Source: Eledone cirrhosa (taxonomy: Eukaryota). From it: 64,000 nucleotides of DNA. The position numbers and the translations under genes were made by a program. The notes beneath the pieces are model-generated. The model did not search any database, was not told where the DNA came from, and was given only the letters and a program-made list of their open reading frames with translations. This document shows, in pieces, positions 53,656-64,000 of this stretch. Location: assembly GCA_964016885.1 (NCBI GenBank), contig OZ024750.1, positions 43,524,001 to 43,588,000 on the forward strand. Reading direction: 5' to 3'. How positions within the stretch are numbered: the first letter of the stretch is position 1; the number at the start of each line of letters is the position of its first letter.

Positions 53656-55392
53656 CTACCTGTTCGGCTCCTGAGGAGCAGGTTGCACAATATCCATGGG
53701 CGTATTGGAGGGGTTGTTTGGTGGGGTGTTGTTCTGTGGTGGAGTGGGGGTGTTTGGTGAGGTGTGGGTGGGGAAACGTTTCAAGAGGACGCGGTTATAG
53801 GGTCGAGTACATGTTTTCCCCACGTCCTCAGGAAAGTTCTCTCTTAGTTTTGCATAGGTGTCCATTGGGAGTCTTATCATTTTTAAATGCGGTTTGTTGG
53901 CCGCGCTTGCAAAGAATTGCCCTTCAGTTTCCACCAAAGGGTCTTTGTGTATTGTTTTTACTAGTTCTTTGTTATTTGTGTTAATGTATGTATACTGTTT
54001 TATTTGTGTTGTGTTTGTTTGTTGTTCTTGTGTGTGCTTACGTTTTGTTGTATGTGTTATGTTTTGGGGTGGGGCGGATTTTGTTTGTTCTGTTTGTTTT
54101 GTTTTTGTTGGTGGTTGTGTGTTTGTTTCGTTTATGTTCGAGTGGTGCTTTCTTTTTTTCCTTTTTACAGGTTGGAAGGGTTCCCCCTCTTCGTCACTAG
54201 GTGCCGTTTCCGCTGGGTCCTCGTCCGTGCTGTCGGGTAGTGGTGTATTTTGGGGTTTTGTTGTATTTGTGTGTGTTTTGGGAGTTGTTTTGGGTGGGGC
54301 CGTGTCTTGTGTTATTTTTCCCTGTTGTTTTTGTTGTTGTTGTGGTGGTGGTGGTGGAGGTGGTGGTGGTGGTGGCGGTGGTGGTGTGTGGGGTGTAGGC
54401 AAAAGAGCCTTTTTTTTTGTCAATTGAGGACAAGCAGCCCTTAGATGACCCCTGCTTGAACAGTAGTAACATATGGGCCTCCTACCCTCGGCTGAAATAT
54501 ATATAAATGTTTCTCCATCGAGGGACACCCTCTGTGGTATTCTAGCTATTCGTTCTGGTCTCATTTGGACCAGAACCTCCACGCTCAAACCGCCGAAAAC
54601 GTCTGTGGTGACTTCTCCTACTGAGAGGATTCCGTCCTCGTCTTCTAAAAATCCTGTTAGTACCCAGGAAATGCATGCATTTGGCCGGATTCCGGAGACC
54701 CTTATCTTCTGCGTTCTTTTCCCTAAATATGTGGGGAAAAATGTATGTAGCTTGGAAACAATTGGTGCCACAGAGTATTTCCTGGCCGTCAATTGATCCT
54801 TCATTAGGACCGTTATATTCCCATAGAGTGGCCCTTTTTGTATGAACGATATATCACTCCACACATTTTTTAGGACCAGCTCAATCTCTTTTTGGGATAA
54901 TTGAGTTGGTTTATTTGTTATGTTGGAAATTGTTCTGAAAGATATCGTTCTTAGCGTCGTGTCTCTTTTGATTTCTTGTGGGGAGGTGATTGTGAAGTCT
55001 CCTCCTTCTTTGAAAGTTACATACTGTTTCGCTTCCTTCATCTTTTCTCTCAGAGTTGTAATGTCCAGTTGCTTGCAGGTTTGTGTTTTCCGGACCGCCT
55101 GTGCAAAGGAGGTACCAGTAGTGGGTTCGCTTTGTTTGGTGTTATCGTTATTTTTTCCTTGGTTGGTGTTGTGACTATTGCTGTTATTGTCGTTGTTGTT
55201 TTTGTCTGCGTTTATGTGACTTTCTGGGTTTTCACCCATTTTTACAAATTTTTCTTTTAATTCCGTGTTCCATGTTTCTTTTGCAGAAGTCAGGAGGGAA
55301 GACTTAGAGCCTTGTGCTTCTAGCTTCTCTGTATCACCTTTCTTAGGGGGCGTGGCTTTCACGTTAGGATGAGATGTGAAAATTCCGTCCAT
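53656..55392 (-). CDS. ORF1, gag-like zinc-knuckle protein
   Basis: Open frame with CYYCSSRGHLRAAC knuckle, Pro/Thr-rich tail and KRKKRK; homologous to copy 1 ORF1. Confidence 0.9.
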   Translation of the reverse strand: MDGIFTSHPNVKATPPKKGDTEKLEAQGSKSSLLTSAKETWNTELKEKFVKMGENPESHINADKNNNDNNSNSHNTNQGKNNDNTKQSEPTTGTSFAQAVRKTQTCKQLDITTLREKMKEAKQYVTFKEGGDFTITSPQEIKRDTTLRTISFRTISNITNKPTQLSQKEIELVLKNVWSDISFIQKGPLYGNITVLMKDQLTARKYSVAPIVSKLHTFFPTYLGKRTQKIRVSGIRPNACISWVLTGFLEDEDGILSVGEVTTDVFGGLSVEVLVQMRPERIARIPQRVSLDGETFIYISAEGRRPICYYCSSRGHLRAACPQLTKKKALLPTPHTPPPPPPPPPPPPPPQQQQKQQGKITQDTAPPKTTPKTHTNTTKPQNTPLPDSTDEDPAETAPSDEEGEPFQPVKRKKRKHHSNINETNTQPPTKTKQTEQTKSAPPQNITHTTKRKHTQEQQTNTTQIKQYTYINTNNKELVKTIHKDPLVETEGQFFASAANKPHLKMIRLPMDTYAKLRENFPEDVGKTCTRPYNRVLLKRFPTHTSPNTPTPPQNNTPPNNPSNTPMDIVQPAPQEPNR

Positions 55393-55603
55393 TTCTATTA
55401 GTTTGCCGTAATAAATTTTTAACTGGAAAATTCGCCCCAAAAAGGGGCGAAAATAAATAAACTCAAAGTTTGACGACCAAGGCAAGGGGTTAACGTATAT
55501 TACAGTATAAAAAAATTAATCAAAACTCACTTTTTGAGTAAGTAAATCCGACTCGGTAGCCGAGCTTGTTCACACACGTCAACACACGTCTCTCGTATAC
55601 GAG

Positions 55604-56760
55604 ATGTTATGTGAGATATTATGTGAGGTAAAGCCTTTACTGGGAAAATACAATAGTATATATAGAGTAATGTAAATGTTATGTGAGATATTATGTGAGG
55701 TAAAGCCTTTACTGTGAAAATACAATAGTATATATAGAGTAATGTAAATGTTATGTGAGGTAAAGCCTTTACTGTGAAAATACAATAGTATATATAGAGT
55801 AATGTAAATGTTATGTGAGATATTATGTGAGGTAAAGCCTTTACTGTGAAAATACAATAGTATATATAGAGTAATGTAAATGTTATGTGAGATATTATGT
55901 GAGGTAAAGCCTTTACTGTGAAAATACAATAGTATATATAGAGTAATGTAAATGTTATGTGAGGTATTATGTGAGGTAAAGCCTTTACTGTGACAATACA
56001 ATAGTATATATAGAGTAATGTAAATGTTATGTGAGATATTATGTGAGGTAAAGCCTTTACTGTGAAAATACAATAGTATATATAGAGTAATGTAAATGTT
56101 ATGTGAGGTATTATGTGAGGTAAAGCCTTTACTGTGAAAATACAATACTATATATAGAGTAATGTAAATGTTATGTGAGATATTATGTGAGGTAAAGCCT
56201 TTACTTTGAAAATACAATAGTATATATAGAGTAATGTAAGTGTTATATGAGGTATTATGTGAGGTAAAGCCTTTACTGGGAAAATACAATAGTATATATA
56301 GAGTAATGTAAATGTTATGTGAGATATTATGTGAGGTAAAGCCTTTACTGTGACAATACAATAGTATATATAGAGTAATGTAAATGTTATGTGAGGTATT
56401 ATGTGAGGTAAAGCCTTTACTGTGACAATACAATAGTATATATAGAGTAATGTAAATGTTATGTGAGGTATTATGTGAGGTAAAGCCTTTACTGTGACAA
56501 TACAATAGTATATATAGAGTAATGTAAATGTTATGTGAGGTATTATGTGAGGTAAAGCCTTTACTGTGAAAATACAATAGTATATATAGAGTAATGTAAA
56601 TGTTATGTGAGGTATTATGTGAGGTAAAGCCTTTACTGTGACAATACAATAGTATATATAGAGTAATGTAAATGTTATGTGAGATATTATGTGAGGTAAA
56701 GCCTTTACTGTGAAAATATAATAGTATATATAGAGTAATGTAAATGTGAGATATATATGA
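55604..56760. repeat. 60-bp satellite, right arm (~19 units)
   Basis: Same unit and orientation as 49118-49959; an occasional 48-bp variant. Confidence 0.97.
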
Positions 56761-57281
56761 GATAAAGTGTTTACGGTGAAAAAAACAATACAAAGCATAG
56801 AGTAAGGTATATGGTAAAGGGTTAAAAGACGTTTTTCAAATATGGCAAAGGCGAGACAAGAATACTGAATTTTGTTTTTTCGGAGAGAGAAATGTCTTAT
56901 TTCCGACGAGCATTTTTGTTCGAAACGTCAATATACTTAAAACTCCATCGACGATATTTATTTAGTTTTGTGAGAAGAGAAATGTCGAACTAAACTAATA
57001 TTAACCCAGAATAAACTCAGAAATATTACTGAGTTATACTTGGATAGTAGGTGACTTCATTTTAAATTGTATGTTGAAACATTTATAACGTAAAGGAGTT
57101 ACTTTAGCCATTAAAACACATACATACACACATATTTGGCTCCGCCAGGTTTAAAAAAGCCCTAGAAACGCCGTATATACGGCCCCACAACAGCTCCTTC
57201 GGGAATTATGAAAATTCGAAAAACTCAGATTACATTTATTGTATTGAGCCATGTAGAGCGATAATTGTTAAAAAAATTCAT

Positions 57282-57314
<33 letters not shown>

Positions 57315-57415
57315 CCATTGTGATACAGGAATTAGATAAAAAAAAAGAGCTCAACTAAATATTATAATCAATTATGAAAAATATATTGAAGGAGCAAAAT
57401 GCACAGAGATATACC

Positions 57416-57455
<40 letters not shown>

Positions 57456-57641
57456 TAAACCTGCTTTTTGTCTCCCTATTTATACACACATACACACACA
57501 CACATATATATATATGTGTGTGTGTGTCTGTCTGTGTGTGCGTGTGTGTGTGTCCGTGTGACTTTCTAGTAAAAAAGAACGATCGTTAGATAGAGTTAAA
57601 TCGACTAAATTCATATCGTGTCCATTTGCTGATACAATAGA

Positions 57642-58008
57642 AAACAACGACAACAACAACAACAACAATAATAACAGAACATAACATAGCAACAGCAACA
57701 ACAACAACAGCCATAGCAACAACAACAACAACAACAGCAACAACAACAACAATTACAGCTATAACAGCTATAACACAACAACAACAAAAACAACAATAAC
57801 AGCCATAACATAGGAACAACAACAACAACAACAGCAACAACAACAACAATTACAGCTATAACAGCTATAACACAACAACAACAAAAACAACAATAACAGC
57901 CATAACATAGCAACAACAACAACAACAACAGCAACAACAACAACAATAACAGCTATAACAGCTATAACACAACAACAACAAAAACAACAATAACAACCAT
58001 AACATAGC

Positions 58009-58042
<34 letters not shown>

Positions 58043-58212
58043 GCCATAACAGCAATAACAACAACAATAACAGCTATAACACAACAACAACAACAAAAAC
58101 AACAATAACAGCCATAACAAAGCAATAACAACAACAACAACAATAGTAACAAACCATAACAACAACAACAACAATAGTAAGGAGCCATAGCAACAATAAT
58201 AACAAACCATAA
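57642..58212. repeat. (AAC)n-based repeat with a higher-order unit of roughly 120 bp
   Basis: ACAGCTATAACAGCTATAACAC blocks recur among AAC runs. Confidence 0.85.
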
Positions 58213-58350
58213 TATCCAATAACAAATAAAGAGGTATATGTAAATAGAGAAAGAATCATTAGTAAAACTAATTGTGGGGTGTAATTAGTGAAAGTAATCT
58301 ATCATGTTTGGAAACGAAGCTGACAACAAGTAATGAAAACACCATATAAA

Positions 58351-58416
<66 letters not shown>

Positions 58417-58604
58417 TATTTATATTTATATTTATATTTATACGTATATATATATATATATATAGTTTTGCGTGGTTTTTTATATGAAATCGTGTGTCGA
58501 AACAAATATTGTTATACTTGGGGAAAGCGAAAACCAACCAAACAGTGAGTGTGTTCTGTTATTAATTCTGGCAATATTACACAAATATGACGCTCCCCAA
58601 GTAT

Positions 58605-58655
<51 letters not shown>

Positions 58656-58942
58656 AAAGTTCTATTTAAATTGTTGGGATACAACAAGCAAATATTTTTA
58701 TAACTGATATAAAGCACTCGACAAATATTTGGAGTAGATATACGATATTAATAAATGGAATAGTGATGGCCTCCAAAAGCAACGGTCACTTTTTAAAAGG
58801 GTACGTCAATGTCTATTTATAAAACTGTTATATATTGTATTTTGTCTGATGAAGGCATACCATAATTTAACTTGGTATCCTTGAAATATATATAATGAAA
58901 TAAATATGGTTTTATAAATAGAGTTTCCATTTATTAATATCG

Positions 58943-58977
<35 letters not shown>

Positions 58978-59173
58978 AATAATGGAGCTGCGGCGTTGCA
59001 AATGGGTTACATATGAAAAAGGTTGTCCTTCATCAGTGGCCTTCCAACCGTCATAGGCATTTCATCGCTTTAAAGACCATATACCTCAGGTTGGTGCGAG
59101 CAACGGCTAAAAAAAGTCGTTGGGACACGTAAATAAAGGGGACGCTAGGGTAAACAAACAAAATGGTTTAAGC

Positions 59174-59244
<71 letters not shown>

Positions 59245-59497
59245 ACGATAAATTAACGGAGCCATAGTCTCTCGCTATCCCCTGTCAGTAATGTGCTCAA
59301 ATGAGAAGGAATCCCGAGCCCTTTATAATACAATATGTAGAAAAGATAACACACTAGAGAGAGAGATAGTGCGCCATCAGTCAAACAGGAAAAAACCACC
59401 AGTGAATGGAATCTGTAGCCCATGGAAGGCAGAGTAGACACACAATAATTAAAAGTATAAATTAAAGTGTAAATACATACCTCGATAACTATCTAAC

Positions 59498-59580
59498 ACA
59501 CACGTACACATCCAAAAAGATCTGTTTCGCTAAATAAGTTGTTGACAGAAATGATTAGCCTATGAGTCATCAGTGTGTGT
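59498..59580 (-). ncRNA. Type I hammerhead-like motif, family J relative
   Basis: Reverse complement: ACACACA-CTGATGA-...-GAAA-CAgATC..GATgTG-TA-CGTGTGT. Confidence 0.6.
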
Positions 59581-59835
59581 AAGACTATACATTTCAAACA
59601 ACACTAAGAGAATCTAAAGCGACCGTTCAGCCACACGTAGGAGAGAGAATTCACAGCGTAGGGCAGTAATCATTGGTCTCTGGGGGACGAGCTGCTAGAA
59701 AGGGCAACCCAAACCACTCAGATCATATCTTATCAGTTGGATATTCTCTGGATATTTACTATCCAGAGAATATCCAACTGATAAGGTATGATTTTCCTCT
59801 GGGTATGTCTCTGGGTATGTATAAAACAAACTTTG

Positions 59836-59898
59836 TATTTTATCTGAAGAAAGCGTACCAAAGTCTTTTGGTACCCTTGAAATATATATAATAAAATA
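59836..59898 (+). ncRNA. Minimal type I hammerhead, family E (also ~19289 -, 20985 +, 37345 -, 37740 -, 37918 +, 58838 +)
   Basis: TATTTTAT-CTGAAGA-AAG cGTACCAAA gtct TTTGGTAC cCTT-GAAA-TATATATA-ATAAAATA. Confidence 0.8.
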
Positions 59899-59937
59899 AA
59901 TATGGTTTTATAAATATAGTTTCCATTTATTTAATAT

Positions 59938-60020
<83 letters not shown>

Positions 60021-60087
60021 CTAGTTGTAACCCAACAATTTTAAATATAATATGGTTTTATAAATATAGTTTCCATTTATTTAATAT

Positions 60088-60157
<70 letters not shown>

Positions 60158-60193
60158 TACTAGTTGCAACCCAACAATTTTAAATATAACTTT

Positions 60194-60228
<35 letters not shown>

Positions 60229-60990
60229 GCCAATCATTGTAAGTTTGAATATAACTGACATGCCAAAACATATATATATGAGCAAGGTAAGCCCAAATCA
60301 AAGTAGATTCAAATATCGCAAAGTGAAAGAGAGAGAGAGAGTGTGAGGGGGGGGGGGACAGAACTGAAACATGGATTACAGGTTGAAATATAGTCTAGAT
60401 AGATGAGAAACAAAACGAGGATGTAGTTTATGGAACACCCAAATGATTTAAAAGTCGATCTTAAGTAGTGGCAATAATATTAAGAAACACATGAATGACA
60501 CCACATGATTTTGTATTGAAAATTTTGAAAGTAGGTTTATAAGTATAAATTTTCAGTAGAGTTTTTTGTAGCTGTCTCAGTGGACTAACGGTAGGTACAA
60601 GATACGGGGGAGATCATGGTCTTGGGTTCAATCCTGGTTGAGAGGTACATGTAGTCTTTTTCAGTTTATATTTTACACCCCATAGAAAAAAACTGAAAAG
60701 GTTTACCGGGAACCCTACTCCCGACTAGGACTGAAGTTCAGGCCATGATCACCACTGTCTATGATTTCTCCAACTAGGCCGCCGAGACAGCTACACAATC
60801 TGATGAAAATTGATAATTATAAACCTACTTTCAAAATCAAAGTTAAAAATATGTGGTGTCGGTCAAGGCTTTCCTAGAGCTATTAGTAATATTTAGGGTC
60901 GATTTGTCAATCTTCTGGCTCTTTGGTAACAACCCTATTATTCCTATGTGTGTTTAACTGTTGTATTAATTTAAATTGACTATTTTAACA

Positions 60991-61060
<70 letters not shown>

Positions 61061-61063
<3 letters not shown>

Positions 61064-61625
61064 CGTTTCTGAATTTGTTTAGCAAGATTCTTTATCTGAA
61101 ATCGTGTGTTGAAACCGATATTGTTATACTTTGGGAGGGTCATGTTGCCAATAAGAAACACACGCACCAGTTGCTTTCACTTCAATTTATTATTATAATA
61201 AATTTATAATAAATTTATAAATTTATAAATTTCTGGTTGGTTGGTTGGTTCCACAACCAGATAGTTGTTTATATATTGTCATAGTTCTTTCGTCACACAC
61301 TCTGTGACCTCTTCAGTGACTGGGGATTCCTTTCTTTGTTTCGGTGCCTCTCCTTTGTTCTGTCCTACGCCATTTTGTTTCTGTGTGTGAAACAAAATGG
61401 CGTAGGACAGAACAAAGGAGAGGCACAGAAACAAAGAAAGGAATCCCCAGTCACTGAAGAGGTCACAGAGTGTGTGACGAAAGAACTATGACAATATATA
61501 AACAACTATCTGGTTGTGGAACCAACCAACCAACCAGAAATTTATAAATTTATTATAATAATAAATTGAAGTGAAAGCAACTGGTGCGTGTGTTTCTTAT
61601 TGGCAACATGACCCTCCCAAAGTAT

Positions 61626-61630
<5 letters not shown>
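61061..61630. mobile_element. Family C fold-back element in (TA)n (related copies 12222-12676, 36440-36700, 62440-62707)
   Basis: Near-perfect palindrome centred at ~61385 with arms of about 250 bp. Confidence 0.85.
61450..61492 (+). ncRNA. Minimal hammerhead-like motif, family C (also 61278-61320 -, 36508-36550 +, 62513-62555 +)
   Basis: GTCA-CTGAAGA-g-GTCACA gagtg TGTGAC-GAAA-G aa C-TA-TGAC. Confidence 0.65.
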
Positions 61631-61716
<86 letters not shown>

Positions 61717-62026
61717 GTGTGAAGGTTCAAAGGACATTATTGAAATCTCCAAATATCATGAAAAGGGAAGATGCATTCAAAAATTTTCGATGAAAATCAT
61801 AGGAAACAGAGTCAAGATAAATTAATGAAAACATTCTGATCATTTCTGAAGACAGCATGTATATGTGAAGATATATATATTTCCTCTGATAATTTGTAAT
61901 ATTTTTACATAGATCTATATGATATACATACCAACACACATATACATCCTAGAAACGATCGTAAAATGATGAATTTTTATAATATAAGGAACTTGCTCTT
62001 TGTTTTTATTTCATTGTTTTTTAAAA

Positions 62027-62070
<44 letters not shown>

Positions 62071-62302
62071 CAACTGTAATATTTCTCCCACTCATATAAA
62101 TATCCTGTGTTGAGGTTTTTTCCAAACATATGTTGGTTGGCCTACATATTAAATGATATCTACATTTCCTGTGGATTTTATCTGAAGAGAACATGTTTTG
62201 ACTTATGTTATACATAAGCCTTACATCTTCGAAATACGTATAATAATATAACTTGGGATGGACTAAAGTAACAGTCTTTGGTTTATTATTATAATAATAA
62301 AA

Positions 62303-62420
62303 TGGCGGTGGATTGGCAGTATCAGTAGAGGGACGGCAGCTATGCTTTCCAGCATAGTGTTCCGTCCCTTTACGGACTGAGTTCAAATCCCGCCGAGTAC
62401 CAGTAATGTACTGAGATAAA
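62303..62420 (+). mobile_element. Family 1 SINE, internally deleted
   Basis: GGCGGTGGATTGGCAGTATC..GAGTTCAAATCCCGCCGAG joined directly to TACCAGTAATGTACTG. Confidence 0.75.
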
Positions 62421-62701
62421 TGCTGCGCAAACTAAGCACACAACACACACAAAAACAAGATGGCTTAGGACAGAACAAAGGAGAGGCACAAAAACAAAGA
62501 AAAGAATCCCCAGTCACTGAAGAGGTCACAGAATGTGTGACGAAAGAACTTTGACAATATATAAACAATCATCTGGTTGTGGAACCAACCAACCAACCGG
62601 AAATTTATAAATTTATAAATTTATAAATTTATTATAATAAATTGAAGTGAAAGCAACTGGTGCGTGTGTTTCTTATTGTCAACATGACCCTCCCAAAGTA
62701 T

Positions 62702-62744
<43 letters not shown>

Positions 62745-63206
62745 CTTGTCTTCGAACTTTTTGGAGTCGATAATTAAAATATCATTAAAGTACTCTGACC
62801 GGTACTTGTTTCTTTTACTCCCTCCTTCCCTTTCCTACCAACGCAAACACAAACATACACTAACACATTCTCACCCACACATTTTATCTCTGTCTGTCAG
62901 AATTCTCTATAGCCGACCAGATGTTGACCAGATGTTGAATACATCCATCCAGATGCTGACTTGTAAAATGCACCCGAAAGAAAGTAACTACCAACCAATC
63001 ACTTTATTTACGCTCCCACGAAAATTCCATGAGAAGCACTTAGAGCTGATCCAGGAAGTCACTAGAAGTCGTTCGTCTGTCTGATGATACAAGGGAGGAA
63101 GGAGAGAAGGAAGACAGGAAGGAAGAACACGATTTGAAGAAGACATGTCTGGTATTTCGAGTCTGTTGTGCTAGTTCCTCAAACTCCATCTTACCGTCTT
63201 TAGAAT

Positions 63207-63347
63207 CAGCGGTCGCCAACCAATGGTCCGCAGACCAATGGTGGTCCGCGAGAATACTCTGGTGGTTCCGAAGAAAAATTTTAATGTATGTATCTTTTAA
63301 AAAAAAATTCATATTATGATTTAAGATTATGAATTTGGCGACCGTTG
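63207..63347. mobile_element. hAT (Charlie-like) MITE
   Basis: TIRs CAGCGGTCGCCAAC / TTTGGCGACCGTTG with degenerate TTAGA-containing flanks; a related end occurs at ~32834. Confidence 0.6.
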
Positions 63348-64000
63348 CATTAGATAATGTTGGCTGTGGTACATTGTTTGTAAAATTATGGACGTGATGG
63401 TCAGGACTTGAATATAATTGATCATAGGTCGGCCTTATCAAGGCCGATTTGGGACTAAATAAGAAGAGAGGGAACCTCTCTATGTGGTCACTCACCCTGC
63501 AAGAAATCGTGACCCAATCTTTCTGAAATCACACGCATCCAAGTCTTTCAATCAAAACACCTCATTCTACATTCGTTGTGTCTGAAAAATTAGATGTTAT
63601 GGTCATAACTGGAATGCTTTTGATTATAAGCCTGCTTCATTAGAGTTATCCGGAGGTTAAACAACAGCAACAAGAGCAACAACAACAACAACAACAACAA
63701 TAACCGTAAAAACAGCAATATCTACTTCACCATAAATTATAACAGGTCGTTACGACTGCTTTAATTCACTGCATTAGTCTCCCACCCCAGTTTCAAATCA
63801 ATAGCTACGTTTTCCTCCCCCAGACCACCCCCACACCACCTCATTCACAAACCAGACAGACCGACAATTTTATTTATTTATTCATTTTGTTTTGTGTGTA
63901 AATACAATTCAAATGAAATAGGTTTAATCTAGCGTAGCAAATAGATTGGAATTAAATAAACATTGAGATGAAACTCTCCTATAAAATAAATTGATGTGTC

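Larger units (their letters stand above)
49960..55603 (-). mobile_element. Full-length Tx1/L1-clade non-LTR retrotransposon, copy 2
   Basis: Same organisation as copy 1 with homologous UTRs; interrupts the 60-bp satellite. Confidence 0.93.
48977..56821. mobile_element. piggyBac-type (TTAA) MITE, expanded by a satellite and a LINE insertion
   Basis: TTAA|CCCTTTAGCAT at 48973 and ATGGTAAAGGG|TTAA at 56811-56825: 10/11 TIR match with TTAA target duplication. Confidence 0.7.

Noticed and set aside
39217-55260. Short antisense and alternative-frame ORFs overlapping the LINE ORFs
   Set aside because: Shadows of the real ORF1/ORF2; similarity between the two copies follows from sense-strand conservation.
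49117-56798. 286-, 404- and 216-aa repetitive ORFs
   Set aside because: They arise from the 60-bp satellite, whose period is a multiple of 3 and which lacks stops in some frames.
59015-59046. CTGATGA-AGG..CCT on the minus strand
   Set aside because: No GAAA or stem III follows, so it is not called a hammerhead.
61727-61850. FGDFN motif resembling an APE endonuclease
   Set aside because: Isolated pentapeptide followed shortly by a stop, with no other EN motifs.

Overview
Eukaryotic, AT-rich, microsatellite-saturated intergenic or intronic DNA. The SINE/MITE repertoire recalls an octopod cephalopod (inference from memory, not searched). No host gene is identifiable, and nearly all listed ORFs are simple-repeat artefacts. 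Real coding content: (1) two full-length, convergent, related Tx1/L1-clade non-LTR retrotransposons (39079-44797 +; 49960-55603 -), each with a CCHC-knuckle ORF1 and an APE-RT-zinc-finger ORF2, plus two 3' fragments at 7.26-7.81 kb; three of the four copies sit in (TATC)n; (2) a Penelope-like (PLE) GIY-YIG endonuclease remnant (29448-29800 -). The main unannotated signal is about ten distinct families of short elements, mostly embedded in (TA)n tracts and arranged as fold-backs or tandem units. Each carries a type I hammerhead ribozyme (CUGANGA-stem II-GAAA-stem III-NUH). One family has a variant core and lies directly downstream of the GIY-YIG remnant. Also present: a TTAA/piggyBac-type MITE whose end expanded into a 60-bp satellite later hit by the second retrotransposon, an RTE-like non-autonomous element with an HDV-like ribozyme remnant, tRNA-derived SINEs, mariner and hAT MITEs, and several minisatellites. 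All ribozyme folds were made by eye.
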